In this document: positions 22,602 to 33,762 of the stretch, piece after piece
Position numbering within the stretch: the first letter of the stretch is position 1
Layout: each line of letters opens with the position of its first letter
Origin: Lama guanicoe
Taxonomy: Eukaryota
Assembly (NCBI GenBank): GCA_013239625.1
Contig: PNXV01000813.1
Coordinates: 1-39,485 of the forward strand
Direction of reading: 5' to 3'
DNA length: 39,485 bases
Position numbers and translations under genes: made by a program
The notes under the pieces: model-generated
What the model was told of the DNA's origin: nothing
Database searches by the model: none
Seen by the model: the letters and a program-made list of their open reading frames with translations, nothing else

Positions 22602-22919
22602 CTACAAGGGAGAGGAGGTGGCTTGGCCCACAGCCAGGCGTTGAGGACCCAGCAGGTCCCATCCCAGGAGACAGGCTCCTGCCTCCTGCCATGTTAGACT
22701 CCAAGGGCCACCTCCTGGCATCTGCCAGCAGCCCATCATTAGAGACCGGGAAGCCCCCTGCCCACACCTCTGTGTGTAGGTCTGCACAACACTCGTTGCT
22801 CATCTGCAGGGGCTGTCTGCTGTCTGAACACTGGGGTGGGCAGAGGGCCTTCCTCGGGGTGACCCTGGGACAGCTGCCTTTGAAAGCTTTCCCCAGCTGG
22901 TTTACCTGTTCTGAATTAC

Positions 22920-22988
22920 CTGGTCTCTCTGATAGTCTTTTACACCCAGACAGTAAACCTTGGCCTTCATATTCCGAGCCCTGTTAGC
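22920..22988 (-). pseudogene. ANTXRL: ANTXRL-like exon 7 (vWA)
   Basis: tctttctcttag|GCT AAC AGG...GAC CAG|gtaatt; 69 nt; ANRARNMKAKVYCLGVKDYQRDQ; 78-nt intron upstream. Confidence 0.92.
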
Positions 22989-23066
22989 CTAAGAGAAAGA
23001 AAGGCTTTGAGAATAAAACACACAAGCACACGGAGCACAAAGCTGGTGATGATGGACTGGACTCAC

Positions 23067-23146
23067 CTGGCTCTTGGGTTCCCATAAAGGTGTTGGCAGG
23101 AGTGGTCCAGCGGCCACAGTGAACATCAGGCTGGCAGCCTTCCTGT
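23067..23146 (-). pseudogene. ANTXRL: ANTXRL-like exon 6 (vWA; TDG motif replaced by AAG)
   Basis: ctgcttctgcag|AC AGG AAG...AGC CAG|gtgagt; 80 nt; RKAASLMFTVAAGPLLPTPLWEPKSQ. Confidence 0.85.
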
Positions 23147-24450
23147 CTGCAGAAGCAGGGAGCTGGTCAGCAAGGCACTGGAGGGCCCCGCCTCAGGCTG
23201 CCAGGCCCACAGCGCTGCTCCCCACACCCCTCCCTGGGGAGAGGCCCCCCCGACCCCAGCATCCGCCATCCAGAGCGCCTGGAGGGAGAAGGGGCCGAGG
23301 CCCAGGACCCACCTGACAGATGAGGAGGCTGAGAGCAGAGCTCTTCCAACCCTCACTATGACCAGATGGCACAGCCTTGGCCCTGAAAGGCCGCTCCAGC
23401 GACCTCCCTGGACGAGGACCAGCCTTTCAGGTGAGCAAAGGCAGGAGCTGGGCTCCGGCCCGGGTGGCGCCTGCGGCCTTTCCTGCAGGCTCTGTGGGGC
23501 CTGCCATTCAGGACTCGAGGTCAAGGCGCTTGGACAGCAGCCCCCACCCAGCTGCCTGCCTTTCCCTGCAACCCATGTGTCTCTCCTGACAAGAGCCACA
23601 CCCTGCAGTCCAGGTGCTGAGGGTTCAGGGCCGAGCACAGCCTTTCCCACTGGCGGAGACTGAGTCACAGGACGAGAGTCAACCCGAGGGCGGAAGCTGA
23701 AGGGAAAGGAGGTGGAGCTGGAACTGGGTGGACACAGGTGTGGGCAGCCAGGGGGACATCAAGGCCTTTGTTCCCTCAGCTGATCCCTGTCTCCTCGTGG
23801 CCCCTGTATTTTCCCTTTTCTGTCTCATGCAGCCCAACTGTAGGTCAAGCACCTCATATCTAATAAGAACCATCTGGTTCTCAGAAAGCTTCCTGGGGGT
23901 GGTTTCATCCTCACTGCTCAGAGGAGGAAGTGGCAGCACAGAGAGGGCGAGGACCTCGCTCCAAGAGGCAGCGCTAGGAATTGGCCGCTCAGGACTCCTC
24001 TGCCCCCTGTCTGGTGGGCGTGATGGAAGCTACTTTGCTGGTCCCATGGGAAGGGTCTGGCTTCCAACGTGCTCACCCCTGTCTCAGGAAGGGAGACCTC
24101 AGGGACTCAGCAAGGGCCCTGCCTTGACTCTCCGTGGTGAGAGGGCGTCACCCAGGGCCGTGCACCTGGGAATCCAGTGCTCACAATGTCTCTGGTGAGG
24201 GCACATGGTCCTCCAACAGACAAGGCTGAGTTTGGAAAAAGGCATCCTGCTGACACCCCGCCCTTTCCCATCAGCCCCTGCCACGGACCCCTGAGTCCAC
24301 TTGGTCCCTCCAAGCCACTTCCCCTTGAGATCCGTGTTAAGGAAGTGGCCAGGCCGCTTCATTAGAGTGCTGGGGCTCCTCGACTTCATGTGCTGGAAAA
24401 GAGGCCTGAGGGCGGTCCACGCAGGAGGAGAGCAGCGACCTCAGGCTCAC

Positions 24451-24467
24451 CAGGATGGGCTGTCGGC
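24451..24467 (-). pseudogene. Candidate 17-nt mini-exon, possible remnant of exons 4/5
   Basis: tctgctttaatacag|GCCGACAGCCCATCCTG|gtgagc; good splice signals and joins exon 3 (phase 2) to exon 6 (phase 1) in frame; too short to confirm homology by eye. Confidence 0.4.
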
Positions 24468-26242
24468 CTGTATTAAAGCAGATGGTGAGGGATGGGCTGG
24501 GACACATGAGGCGGGGGGGTTAGATCAGGCTGATCCAGTGTGAGGACTGAGCTATCACAGCAAGATTAAGGGGCTCTCACTCTGGGCCGAAGAGATGGCA
24601 AGTTGTGGTGATATCCCAGGGCCCCAGGTCCTGCCCAGCCTGACCCAACCCAGGAGCACAGGAGCCTGAGACCCAGGGCCAGTGGAGGCCAAACCCAGCT
24701 TTGCCCACCTCAGCACAAACACCTGCCCTCTTCTTGGCACCTGTGGGAAGATGTCTGCTTTGTTGACTGCACTTCGAATGTGCTGGAACTCCCAGCCCTT
24801 CACAGTCTCTGGCCCGGGACTCAGCTCGGCCAGCTTCACTCTTGCCTGAGCGGGCCTTTTTCTTGCGCTGCCCCCTGCACCCCAATCCCCACTCCCAGCT
24901 CTGCAGGTGGAGAGGACACCAGGCTGCTTATGCCCTCATCAAGCCGTTTGCTTTGTAATATATCGCCCATCACAGACAGCTTCACGTTTTTTCCGTTCCC
25001 CTGAGCCCCACCCCTACTCTGACACCTTCCCTTGAGGAATGTGTCCCCACCTTCACTCTCCAGAGAGGACCTGGGAGACTCTCAAGGGCCTCCCCACAGC
25101 TCCCTTGGTTCAGGTTCTGAACCCCTACCTTGGAGGAGGCCGTGGTCCCCTCTTCCCCATGGGCAGCTCCTCCACCAGAGGCCCACGCCCAGCCCCCCGC
25201 TGCCTCTGCCTCCTGCCTCCTGCCTGACAGCTCCTCACTGACTTGTTTTCTTCCACCTCAGACTCACTCAGGTCTCTCTCTCTGAAATGCAGGCCACAGG
25301 GACACACAGAACCACACTGTCCCCCAGCTTACTGAGGGGCCAGCCCTGCCCCTGCTTCTCTTGGGAGCCAGGCCTGAGGAGTGCTGTCTCCGTGCGCTGG
25401 CACCACCACGTCCCCTCCCCTGCAGCCTTGCTGTTGGGCTCCTCTTCTGGTCTGAGCTTCTGTCCAAGGTGCTGAACGTGGCTCTGCGCCACAAATCCTG
25501 GACGCATTCAGTCCGTGATGTCCTCAAACTCTTTGGTATTTCACCCACTGAACTGGGATCCAGTCACTTGCATCATGAGACTCTCAACCTCACAGCTACT
25601 CAGGAGCTCCATATCTTCCCATCTCCAGGCCTTTGAGCCCACTGCTGTCCACCTATGTCTCACCTAGGATGCTTGGCTCCCTCCGGCAACACATGCCTCC
25701 CTCCTGCACCCCAGCCCAGCCTGGTGTTCAGAACCACACTCATGAGCTACCTCGTCTCAGACCCACCAAGGGACCCAGCTTCCATCCACTGAAGCCCCCA
25801 GCACTTTGACAACCCCTAACCCTGCCTCCTGATTCTGAATCTGCCTCCCCACTTCCCTCACTAGCCCAGAGCAGAGAGGGACACACATAGCAGGTGCCCA
25901 GTACAGGCCAGTGTTCATAAAGGGCTCACATATCTGCTCCAACAGATCCCAGGAGTCCTCAGAGCCAGCCTGTTCTAAGAAATGGGAAGAGCACTCAGGG
26001 GACACAGGACAGGTGGAGGGCAGGACATAGAGGGGGAGGAGATGGTCTAGCAGCACAGGTGTCTGCCAGTGCCAACCCAGTCAGGGGTCAGTGGGAGCCA
26101 GGGCTCTCAGGCTAGGGGTCAGGATGGGCCCTGAGGGGAGCCCAGGACAGCCCAGCCTGCACCCAGTGGAAACCCTCAGCTCCCTGGGTTTCCCTGGACC
26201 TGGACCACCATGCCTACCTCAGGGGATTAAAGCATCACTTAC

Positions 26243-26314
26243 TTGTCTGAGGTGAGATTCATGAGGACGTGGCCACGTGTGGAGTAGGTGATGAAGGACA
26301 TTCGCAGCTTAGGG
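26243..26314 (-). pseudogene. ANTXRL: ANTXRL-like exon 3 (vWA)
   Basis: cttcctccccag|C CCT AAG...GAC AA|gtaagt; 72 nt; PKLRMSFITYSTRGHVLMNLTSD. Confidence 0.93.
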
Positions 26315-26869
26315 CTGGGGAGGAAGCATGTGCTCGTGAGATAATGACACAGGCTCAAAATGAAGCCAGTGAGTAGCCAGGAAGGAGGTGCATGCCCATC
26401 ACTCTACTCTCCACCCCAACTCTTCTGCTTTGCTGTCCATTTCCTAAACCCTGGAAGTTCCTGTAACTTTCATGAAGGATTTTAGGAATCCTGGTGAAGG
26501 AGGCCTGTGGAGATGTGGGCCTTCTTGGAAGAGAGTGCCAGGATGGCATCCTTCTCCAACCTCATACTCCAACGCCCCACAAAGCATCTCACTCTGTCTC
26601 TCAGACACACATGAACACACACGTGCACATGCACATGCACATGCACACACTAGGAGAAAGACACCGATGCACTCTTGCATGAGGACTTCCCAACTGACCT
26701 CTCCTGGTCTGTAAAATTCTTTGTACCTTCACTCATCTTCCCTTCTTTACAGCCTTCCCTGCCTTGTCTCCTCTCATCTCAGAGAAGTTATTCTCCTTCT
26801 TGGCAGCTATTCGTATACACCCCTCCCTATGTTCTCCCAGGCCACTGTCTTGTGGTCCATTGACCCTCA

Positions 26870-27495
26870 TCATATTTTAGCTAAATTGCTACAGTGGTTC
26901 CTAGGTAAACTTTCCACTCCTCCTTGCTCTTGTTATAACACTTACCAACAATATTAAACTTTCCTTCCTGGCACACAAGTGTGACCATGTCAGACCCCTG
27001 CCCAAGAATTGTTTATAGCTTCATATTGTTCACAGCAGGAAATCCAAGCCCCCTGACTTGGCATTATGAGCCTTGGTGGCCTGGGACCAAGTCTGTCCTG
27101 TCCAGCCTCATCTCCCAGCTTTCCTCTGAGTTAACCCTGTCCTCCAGCCAAATAGACCACTCACTGCACAAGAAGTCTTGATGGTTCCTGTTACCCTGTC
27201 TTTTCCCATCCTTCAATACCCAGTTCAAAATTCCACATCCCTTAAAAAGCCATCCCTGATTTTTTTTAAAGAATTCTTGCTTTTTCCTTCAATTTGCCTT
27301 ATTAATAAATAACTTTGTCCTTTTCTTTTGGCCCTTGGCACCATTTAACCTGGTGCTTAGTCACTGTGTCACTGGTATTTGCCTTATTAATAAATAACTT
27401 TGTCCTTTTCTTTTGGCCCTTGGCACCATTTAACCTGGTGCTTAGTCACTGTGTCACTGGTTTGCCTGTTTTCTAATCTGTGAGGTCCTCCAGGG
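26870..27495 (+). mobile_element. L2 LINE remnant
   Basis: aaatccaagccccctgacttggcattatgagcc...cccatccttcaatacccagttcaaaattcc...ctgtgaggtcctccagggcag; approximate. Confidence 0.6.
27292..27461. repeat. Perfect tandem duplication, 2 x 85 bp
   Basis: atttgccttattaataaataac...gtgtcactggt at 27292-27376 and 27377-27461. Confidence 0.97.
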
Positions 27496-27700
27496 CAGAT
27501 TGTGTCCCCTACAATATGGCCGGACTCCCAGGCAGGAGCCAAGAAGGCTGCTGAGACCTGATGGAACCAGTGTGCTCTGTCCTTTTTTTCTGCTTCAGAA
27601 TACCTCCCTGATACGGGGGAGTCCCCTATGCCCACCGAGTCTAAACAACCGTGTACTCTGCCTGGCAGGGGAAACACCATGCAACTTGGAGAAACCGTAC

Positions 27701-27772
27701 TTTTTGAACTTCCCGACCAAATCCTCCATGAGGTTGTAAATGGCTATCCAGAAGTTGTCCACACTGCCTGAC
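27701..27772 (-). pseudogene. ANTXRL: ANTXRL-like exon 2 (vWA; SGS of the DxSxS MIDAS motif)
   Basis: ttttcattttcag|G TCA GGC AGT...TTC AAA AA|gtacgg; 72 nt; SGSVDNFWIAIYNLMEDLVGKFK. Confidence 0.92.
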
Positions 27773-28193
27773 CTGAAAATGAAAAGACCTGAGTTAGAGG
27801 GGTGAGGTGCATCCATTGTGTGGGCAGAATTTCTGCCTCCCCAGCTTTCAACAGACATTTTAGCAACTCCTCCCCACCCTACATAGCTGCAAGCTGCCAC
27901 ACTCCCTTAGCAACCGCAGTGGGTCACCCTGGTGGTGACTTTGTCATTATGAATGTGGGAAGGGTGACCAACCAGATGTGTGTGCTTGGGACTGAGGAAC
28001 ATTGAAGGGTGAGGGACTTCTGGTGGCAAACCAGGATGGTTGATCAGACTCAGTGGAGCTGTCACACAGGAAATGATGTAGGATACACTGGTTGGAAAAG
28101 CCTCCAGTGATTCTGATATGACTCCTCTAGTCCCTCAGTTCCCCTTGGGAACAAGCCTTTCCCAGCTGTCTGCTCCTCTCCTGCCCTTTTAAA

Positions 28194-28237
28194 GTGTGTG
28201 TGTGTGGGTGTGTGTGTGTGTGTGGGTGGTGGTGGTG
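28194..28237. repeat. Imperfect (GT)n/(GGT)n microsatellite
   Basis: gtgtgtgtgtgtgggtgtgtgtgtgtgtgtgggtggtggtggtg. Confidence 0.9.
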
Positions 28238-28379
28238 TCAGGGCTCTTTGGCACTACGTTCCAACAAAAGTCTCTTAGTTGGTCCTGCCTACCATTCCTT
28301 CTGCCTCCTCTAGGCTGCATCTAATGTTTTCAACAGACAGTGATGAAACTAAGGGTAGATTCTTCTAACATTATCAAGA

Positions 28380-28580
28380 TTATCATTCACTGAGGCATAT
28401 GTACCAGGCATTTTACAAACATGATTTCCAATTCCAGAATAACCCCAGGATGTCAGCATTGTTCCCATTTTACAGATAAGCAAGCTGAGGCTTTTACAAG
28501 TCATGGAACTTATCATACTTCCATAGCTAGCATGAATTTGAACCCAGATCTAACCTCAAAACCCATACCCTACATATTGC
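28380..28580 (-). mobile_element. MIR SINE
   Basis: cattcactgaggcatatgtaccaggca...cccattttacagataagcaagctgaggct...tttgaacccagatctaacctcaaaaccca. Confidence 0.78.
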
Positions 28581-29539
28581 ACTAGGCAGCCGTGTGTGAC
28601 ATGGCTATCTGTGTTCAACAATTGCTGGGTAGCAAACACTAGACTCTGACAACAGACCTACAATATAAACTTTCTTTCAGAAGCTTCCATGCTAAAGTGC
28701 AAGACAATTCCTTTCTTTACTAATGGTAACACTTTAAACTTTCCTTCTCATTACTACTCTCCTCTGCTTTCCCTCTAAGTGAAAGGATCTTCCAAAGAAG
28801 ATTTACAGGAAACAAGAGTCTTCAACCAACTCACTTACTCTGGGTAAGTTTCCAGTTTGTGATTATTTTGAAGGAAAGTCAAGATTCTGGAACATGGAAG
28901 AACATGAGTGCTCATGGGTCATGGGAAAACCACTACAGGTCGCTAAGAAGGAAGCAGTATGGAACAAGGGCGACCATGTGGGCTTCTGGTACACAGAGCT
29001 CCAATCATGATTCAGTGCCCCACTGTTAAATGAGAATGGAGAGTTAAGGATCACCAGGCATTTCAGGACATCTCTACCATTAAAACTTGAAGCCAAAACA
29101 TCCAAGTGATATAACTCTGCTGGAAGAATGGAAATGGGTGAGGCAGAATCATGTAGGGGAGCTGAGCTACAAGAAAACTAAATTATCTTTCCCTATAGTA
29201 AGTAGTGAATAGAGAACGTGCAACCTCAAATAGCAAGAAATAGCAGTCAGTGTAAGCATGGTATTAAAAGCATGGTCATCATACCAGAAGATAATCTGGA
29301 GGATTTGAAAGTGGGTGTAATCTGGAGAGAAGAATCAGATTGGGCAGGAATGGGGCAGGAGCTTTCAGTTTTTTTGTTGTCAACTTTGTAAAATTGTTTT
29401 ACTTTAAATGTATGTTCAAGTGTTTTCTTGATAAATGTAAAAATGAAATTATAAACAAAAACTAGTAGCAGATTGAGGTCCACAAAAGGGCAGACTTGGA
29501 AGTTCTAAGCCCTGATTTTCCCATGGAATCAATGAACAA

Positions 29540-31250
29540 ACAAACAAGGCTGAAAGAAGAAACAAAATATATTACTATGGAACACCAATCTACAAAGATA
29601 AGCAGAAACAGAGGGGAAAAGATATAATTGAAATATAAAAATAACTCAGAAAGCAATCAGTAAGATGACATTAGTTAAGTCCTTACGTATCAATAATCAC
29701 TTTAAATATAAATGGGTTGAATTCACCAAACAAAAGACACAGAGTGACTGGCTGGATAAAAAAATAAGACCAAATTATATGTGCCTACAAGGGACTCACT
29801 CAGCCTTAAAGACACATGTAGTTTCAAAGTGAAAGGATGGAAGAAGATATTCCATGCAAAGGAAACCAAGAGAAATTGGGTAGCCATACTTAGGAAAAAT
29901 AGACTTCAATCCAAAAACAGTAACAAGACTGAAAGAGGTCAATGCAACAAGGAGATACAACAATCATATATAAATATGTACCCAACATCTGAGCACCTAA
30001 ATATATTGAGCAAATACTAACAGATCTGAAATGGGGAAAGATCACAATACCATAATAGTAGGTGACTTCAATAACTATTGGATAATGGATAGATCATCCA
30101 GACAGAAAATCAACAAGGAAATGTTGGAATTGCACCGTCCTATGATCAAATGAACTCAATAAACATGTACCGAGTATTCCGTCCAATTGCAGCAGAATGC
30201 ATATGCTTCTTAAGTCTATACAGATTGCTTTCCAGAAGAGATCATATGATAGCAAACAAAATAAGTCTTCGCAAATTTAAGAAGACTAAAATCATACCAA
30301 GTATCTTTTCAACTACAATGGCATGAAACAAGAAATCAGCAAGAGGGAAAACTGAAAAATCTACATATGTGGAAATGAAACAACACACTTTTGGACAATG
30401 AATGCATCAAAGAAGAAATCAAGTGGTAAATTAAAAATATCTTGAAACTACTCAAAATAGAAATACAATGTATCAAAACTTATGGGATGCCACTAAAGCA
30501 ATTCTGAGACAAAAGTTTACAATGATAAAAGAGATTTCAAATAAATAACCTACCTCTAAGCCTCGAGGAACTAGAGAAAGAAGAACAATATGAGCCCAGA
30601 GTTAGCAGAAGAAAGGAAAGAATAAAGATTAGAGCAGAAGTAAATGGAATTGAGAACAGGAGAACAATGGAAAAGATTAATAAAACTAAGAGTTGGTTCT
30701 ATGAAAAGATAAACAAACGGACAAACTTACAGCTACGCTAAAAAAGAGAAAAAGGGAAAGGACCCAAATCAATAAAATTATAAATGAAATAGGAGACATT
30801 ACCACTCAGACCACAGAAATCGTAAGAGTATATATGAACAGCAAAATGCCAAAACTGGACAACCTAGAAGAAATGGAAAAAATTGTAGAAACACACAACT
30901 TAACAAGACTTAATCAGGAAAAAATAGAAAACTTGGACAGACCAATAATGAGTAAATAGATTGAATCAGTAGTTGAAAACCTTCCAGTGCAGAAAATTCT
31001 AGGATCGGACAGCTTCACTGGTGAATTCACCAATATTTAAAGAAGAATTAATGCCAATCCTTCTGAAACTTTTCCAAATAATTGAAGAGGGAACACTTGC
31101 AAACTCATTCTAGGAGGCCAGCATCACCATGATGCAAAACTCAGGTCAGGACACTGCAAGAAAAGGAGACTATAGACCAATATCCCTGATGAATAGACAC
31201 AACAATTCTCCGCAAAATATTAGCAAACTGAATTTAAGAGCACATTAAGA
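29540..31250 (+). mobile_element. Old L1 segment: inter-ORF region, ORF2 endonuclease domain and linker up to the start of RT; many stops and frameshifts
   Basis: tcaataatcactttaaatataaatggg (SIITLNINGL), gtaggtgacttcaat (VGDFN), tatagaccaatatccctgatgaat (YRPISLMN). Confidence 0.92.
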
Positions 31251-31281
31251 TCTTTATAAAAAATAAAAGAACACATTAAGA

Positions 31282-31965
31282 GACCACACTCCTATGGTCA
31301 CTTAATCTATGACAAAAGAGGCAAGAATATACAATGGAGAAAAGACAGTCTATTCAGTAAGTGGCTCTGGGAAAACTGGGCAGCTACCTATTAAAGAATG
31401 AAATGAGAACATTTTCTCACACCACATACAAAAACAAACTCAAAATGGATTAAAGAACTAAATGTAAGACTGGAAACCACAGAACTCATAGAGGAGAATT
31501 TAGGCAGAACACGCTTTGACATAAATTGTAGCAATATTTTTTGGATCTGTCTCCTAGGGCAAAGGGGGAAAAAAAGCAAAAAAATAAACAAATGGGACCT
31601 AATTAAACTTTAAAGTTTTTGCACAGCAAAGGAAACCATCTACAAAATGAAAACACAACCTACTGAATGGGACAAAATATTTGCGAATGATGTGACTGAT
31701 AAGCGGTTAATACCCAAAATATATAAACAGCTCAAACAACTTAATATAAAAAGAAAAACACCAAACACTCCAATTAAACAATGGGCAGAAGATCTGAATA
31801 GACATTTCTCCAAAGAAGAGATACAGATGGCCAATAGGGACATAAAAAGATATTCAGCATCATCAATCATCAGAGAAATGCAAATCAAAACCACAGTGAG
31901 ACATCACCTCGCACCTATCACCAAAAAGACTACAAGTAACAAATGTTGGCCAGGATGTGGAGAAG
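31282..31965 (+). mobile_element. Better-preserved L1 ORF2 C-terminal segment; no 3'UTR or poly(A)
   Basis: ORF 31647..32000 [12 protein letters not shown]...[23 protein letters not shown]...[10 protein letters not shown] is a classic L1 ORF2p C-terminus. Confidence 0.95.
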
Positions 31966-33375
31966 TCTGTCTCTGGGTATATAATCCTCAGCGTCGCTAG
32001 AATAAAATTCTCTAATTTTTCTACTTTGCTTGATTGTTAATTGAATTTTCATCAGCGAACGTTATATATTCATGGATTAGCAGACTTAATATCGTTTCAT
32101 GGGCAATACTAGGTGGGGGCGGGGTCTGTGGAGCAGTCAGTCCTGGAGCCTGAATGGGGGTAGCGGGGACTCCCTTCCCTGCTGCCCTCTCAGCCTTCGT
32201 GGCAAGACTCATACCCTGCACTCTGAGCTACATCCGCGCCAGCTGTGGTCAGAGGGATCAGCGATGCCTCCTGGCATTTCAGAAACCAAAGGAGGTAAGG
32301 GGTGGTCAGTGGGGATAGCCCAGCTCAAAAAGCCATTTCTCTGGTGCCTTTCTAGTCCCCCCTACCTCACACCGTCCTTGGAGGAGAGGAAAGGGGAGCA
32401 CCCTCCCAGTATTTAGTATTTTACTGCAAACTAACTTTGATTGACATTGAGCAAATCATTTAATACTCCCAGCCGCAGTCTCATCACCCTAAAACAGGGA
32501 AGTGGAACCTACTTCCTTCAGCTGTCCAGTGTTCTTAGTGTTCAGCACACACTTCACCCAACCTCTGGGAGCCCAGCCCTCTTTCCAGGAGATTGCATAT
32601 GCAAATACTTTCCCTGCCTTATACCCCAGGACTGTTTTGAGAATGACACATGTGCAGTAAAGGGCTTTGGGAACTGTAAAGTGCCTGACTGATACTGGGA
32701 GTCATACCACTGCTACTACCAAATAAGTAAAACTTATCCTCAGCCCCACAGAGGAGTGGAAAATGGAACCAAGCTCTCCAGCCTGAGGACCCACTCCCCT
32801 CCCTTTCCTTCTCTGAGGGCCAGAAGGAGCCTCACGCACAGCCCAGCTGTCCCAGGGCCACACGCAGACAGACCAAACTGTACTGAAAGTGCAACAAATT
32901 GTACCGTGGGTGTCCAAGTTATCCAACAAAGAAGCAAAACTCAGAACCAGCAAAGCAAAGGACATTTTAAGCAGTGACATTAAGAGAACACCCAAGAAAA
33001 CACAGTAATCTCTCTGGGGCCCAGTGAGAATCAGGGTCATTTGGTTCAAAACAAAACAAAACAAAAAAAACCACAACCCAGAATCTAAAGTGAGCTTCTC
33101 ACAAGTGCTAAGAAGGCAGCTCCTAGCAATCGCCTGCCTCTCCAGCTGTTTAAGAGGCATGTGGTTCATAGATCCAAGCCAAGTTGAGAGCCGTCTGGGA
33201 ACTGGTGGCCCTTTTCCCTTGCCAAAAGGAAAAGTCCCAGGCAATAAATGGCTGGGACATTCCTTCTGTCTTAGGACCAGGAGGCCACAGAGGTCTATTC
33301 CTTGGATCTGACCGAGGCCACTCCTCCCTCTCCCCTCACAGAAGCTATGTCCCTTTAAGCCAAGTCTCTTCAAAC

Positions 33376-33633
33376 CAAGATGAAGTAGAGGTCATATGAG
33401 CTCTGGCAGGAATCTTGTGCCCGGCTCTTCCAGGCCCTGGCACTTGGGCCGTCGAGGTGTTGGAAGTTTCCTGCGTTCTAGCTGAGGTGGCGGTAGAGGT
33501 TCCCCTAGTCCAGACTGAGGTGGGGCAGGTCTTTCCAGCTTGGACCGCTCTGCCGGAGGCTCCCCGCGCTCAGCATTGGAGGCAGCAGCAGGAAAAGCGT
33601 GGGTCCCAGCATCCTGGGCCTACCGCTCCCCAT
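33376..33633 (-). pseudogene. ANTXRL: ANTXRL-like coding exon 1 (signal peptide, His-rich repeats, start of vWA); two in-frame TAG stops
   Basis: AAAATGG start; MGSGRPRMLGPTLFLLLPPMLSAGSLRQSGPSWKDLPHLSLD*GNLYRHLS*NAGNFQHLDGPSARAWKSRAQDSCQSSYDLYFIL; TAG at 33505-33507 and 33478-33480; expected GAC-AA|gt end is absent. Confidence 0.9.
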
Positions 33634-33762
33634 TTTTTTGGCCGCTCCTGAGGCCCCACTGAATGCTGGCCACTCAGGCCACCTCAGGAGGCGGCCTCTG
33701 CTGCCTCTGCCCAGTCCCAGGGCCCTCAGTCCCTCCAGCCCTTTGACCAAGTTGTCCCTGCC

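Larger units (their letters stand above)
3319..33762 (-). pseudogene. ANTXRL: Anthrax toxin receptor-like (ANTXRL-family) gene, multi-exon, unprocessed pseudogene / disabled paralogue
   Basis: Colinear AG/GT-bounded exons translate to ANTXR-family motifs: CQSSYDLYFIL, SGSVDNFW, PKLRMSFITYST, DEVICRFKF, TM-CRLCCKK, TVKEPPP, TCPTVIVPCGCQG, PSRMLPL. Exon sizes 72/72/80/69/61/70/39 match the family structure as I recall it. Several stops and frameshifts are present. Confidence 0.93.

Noticed and set aside
25810..25860. QIQNQEAG resembling ANTXR exon 5
   Set aside because: No acceptor or donor at suitable positions.
28780..28843. Plus-strand 64-nt exon-like segment (ctctaag|...TGG|gtaagt)
   Set aside because: Isolated, with an AAG acceptor and no partner exons; cannot support an antisense transcript from sequence alone.
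29540..32000. Active L1 or domesticated reverse transcriptase gene
   Set aside because: No ORF1 or promoter, many stops, RT core absent, no poly(A).
32702..33373. 223-aa minus ORF directly after exon 1
   Set aside because: Intron 1 sequence with a non-ATG start and no recognisable domain.
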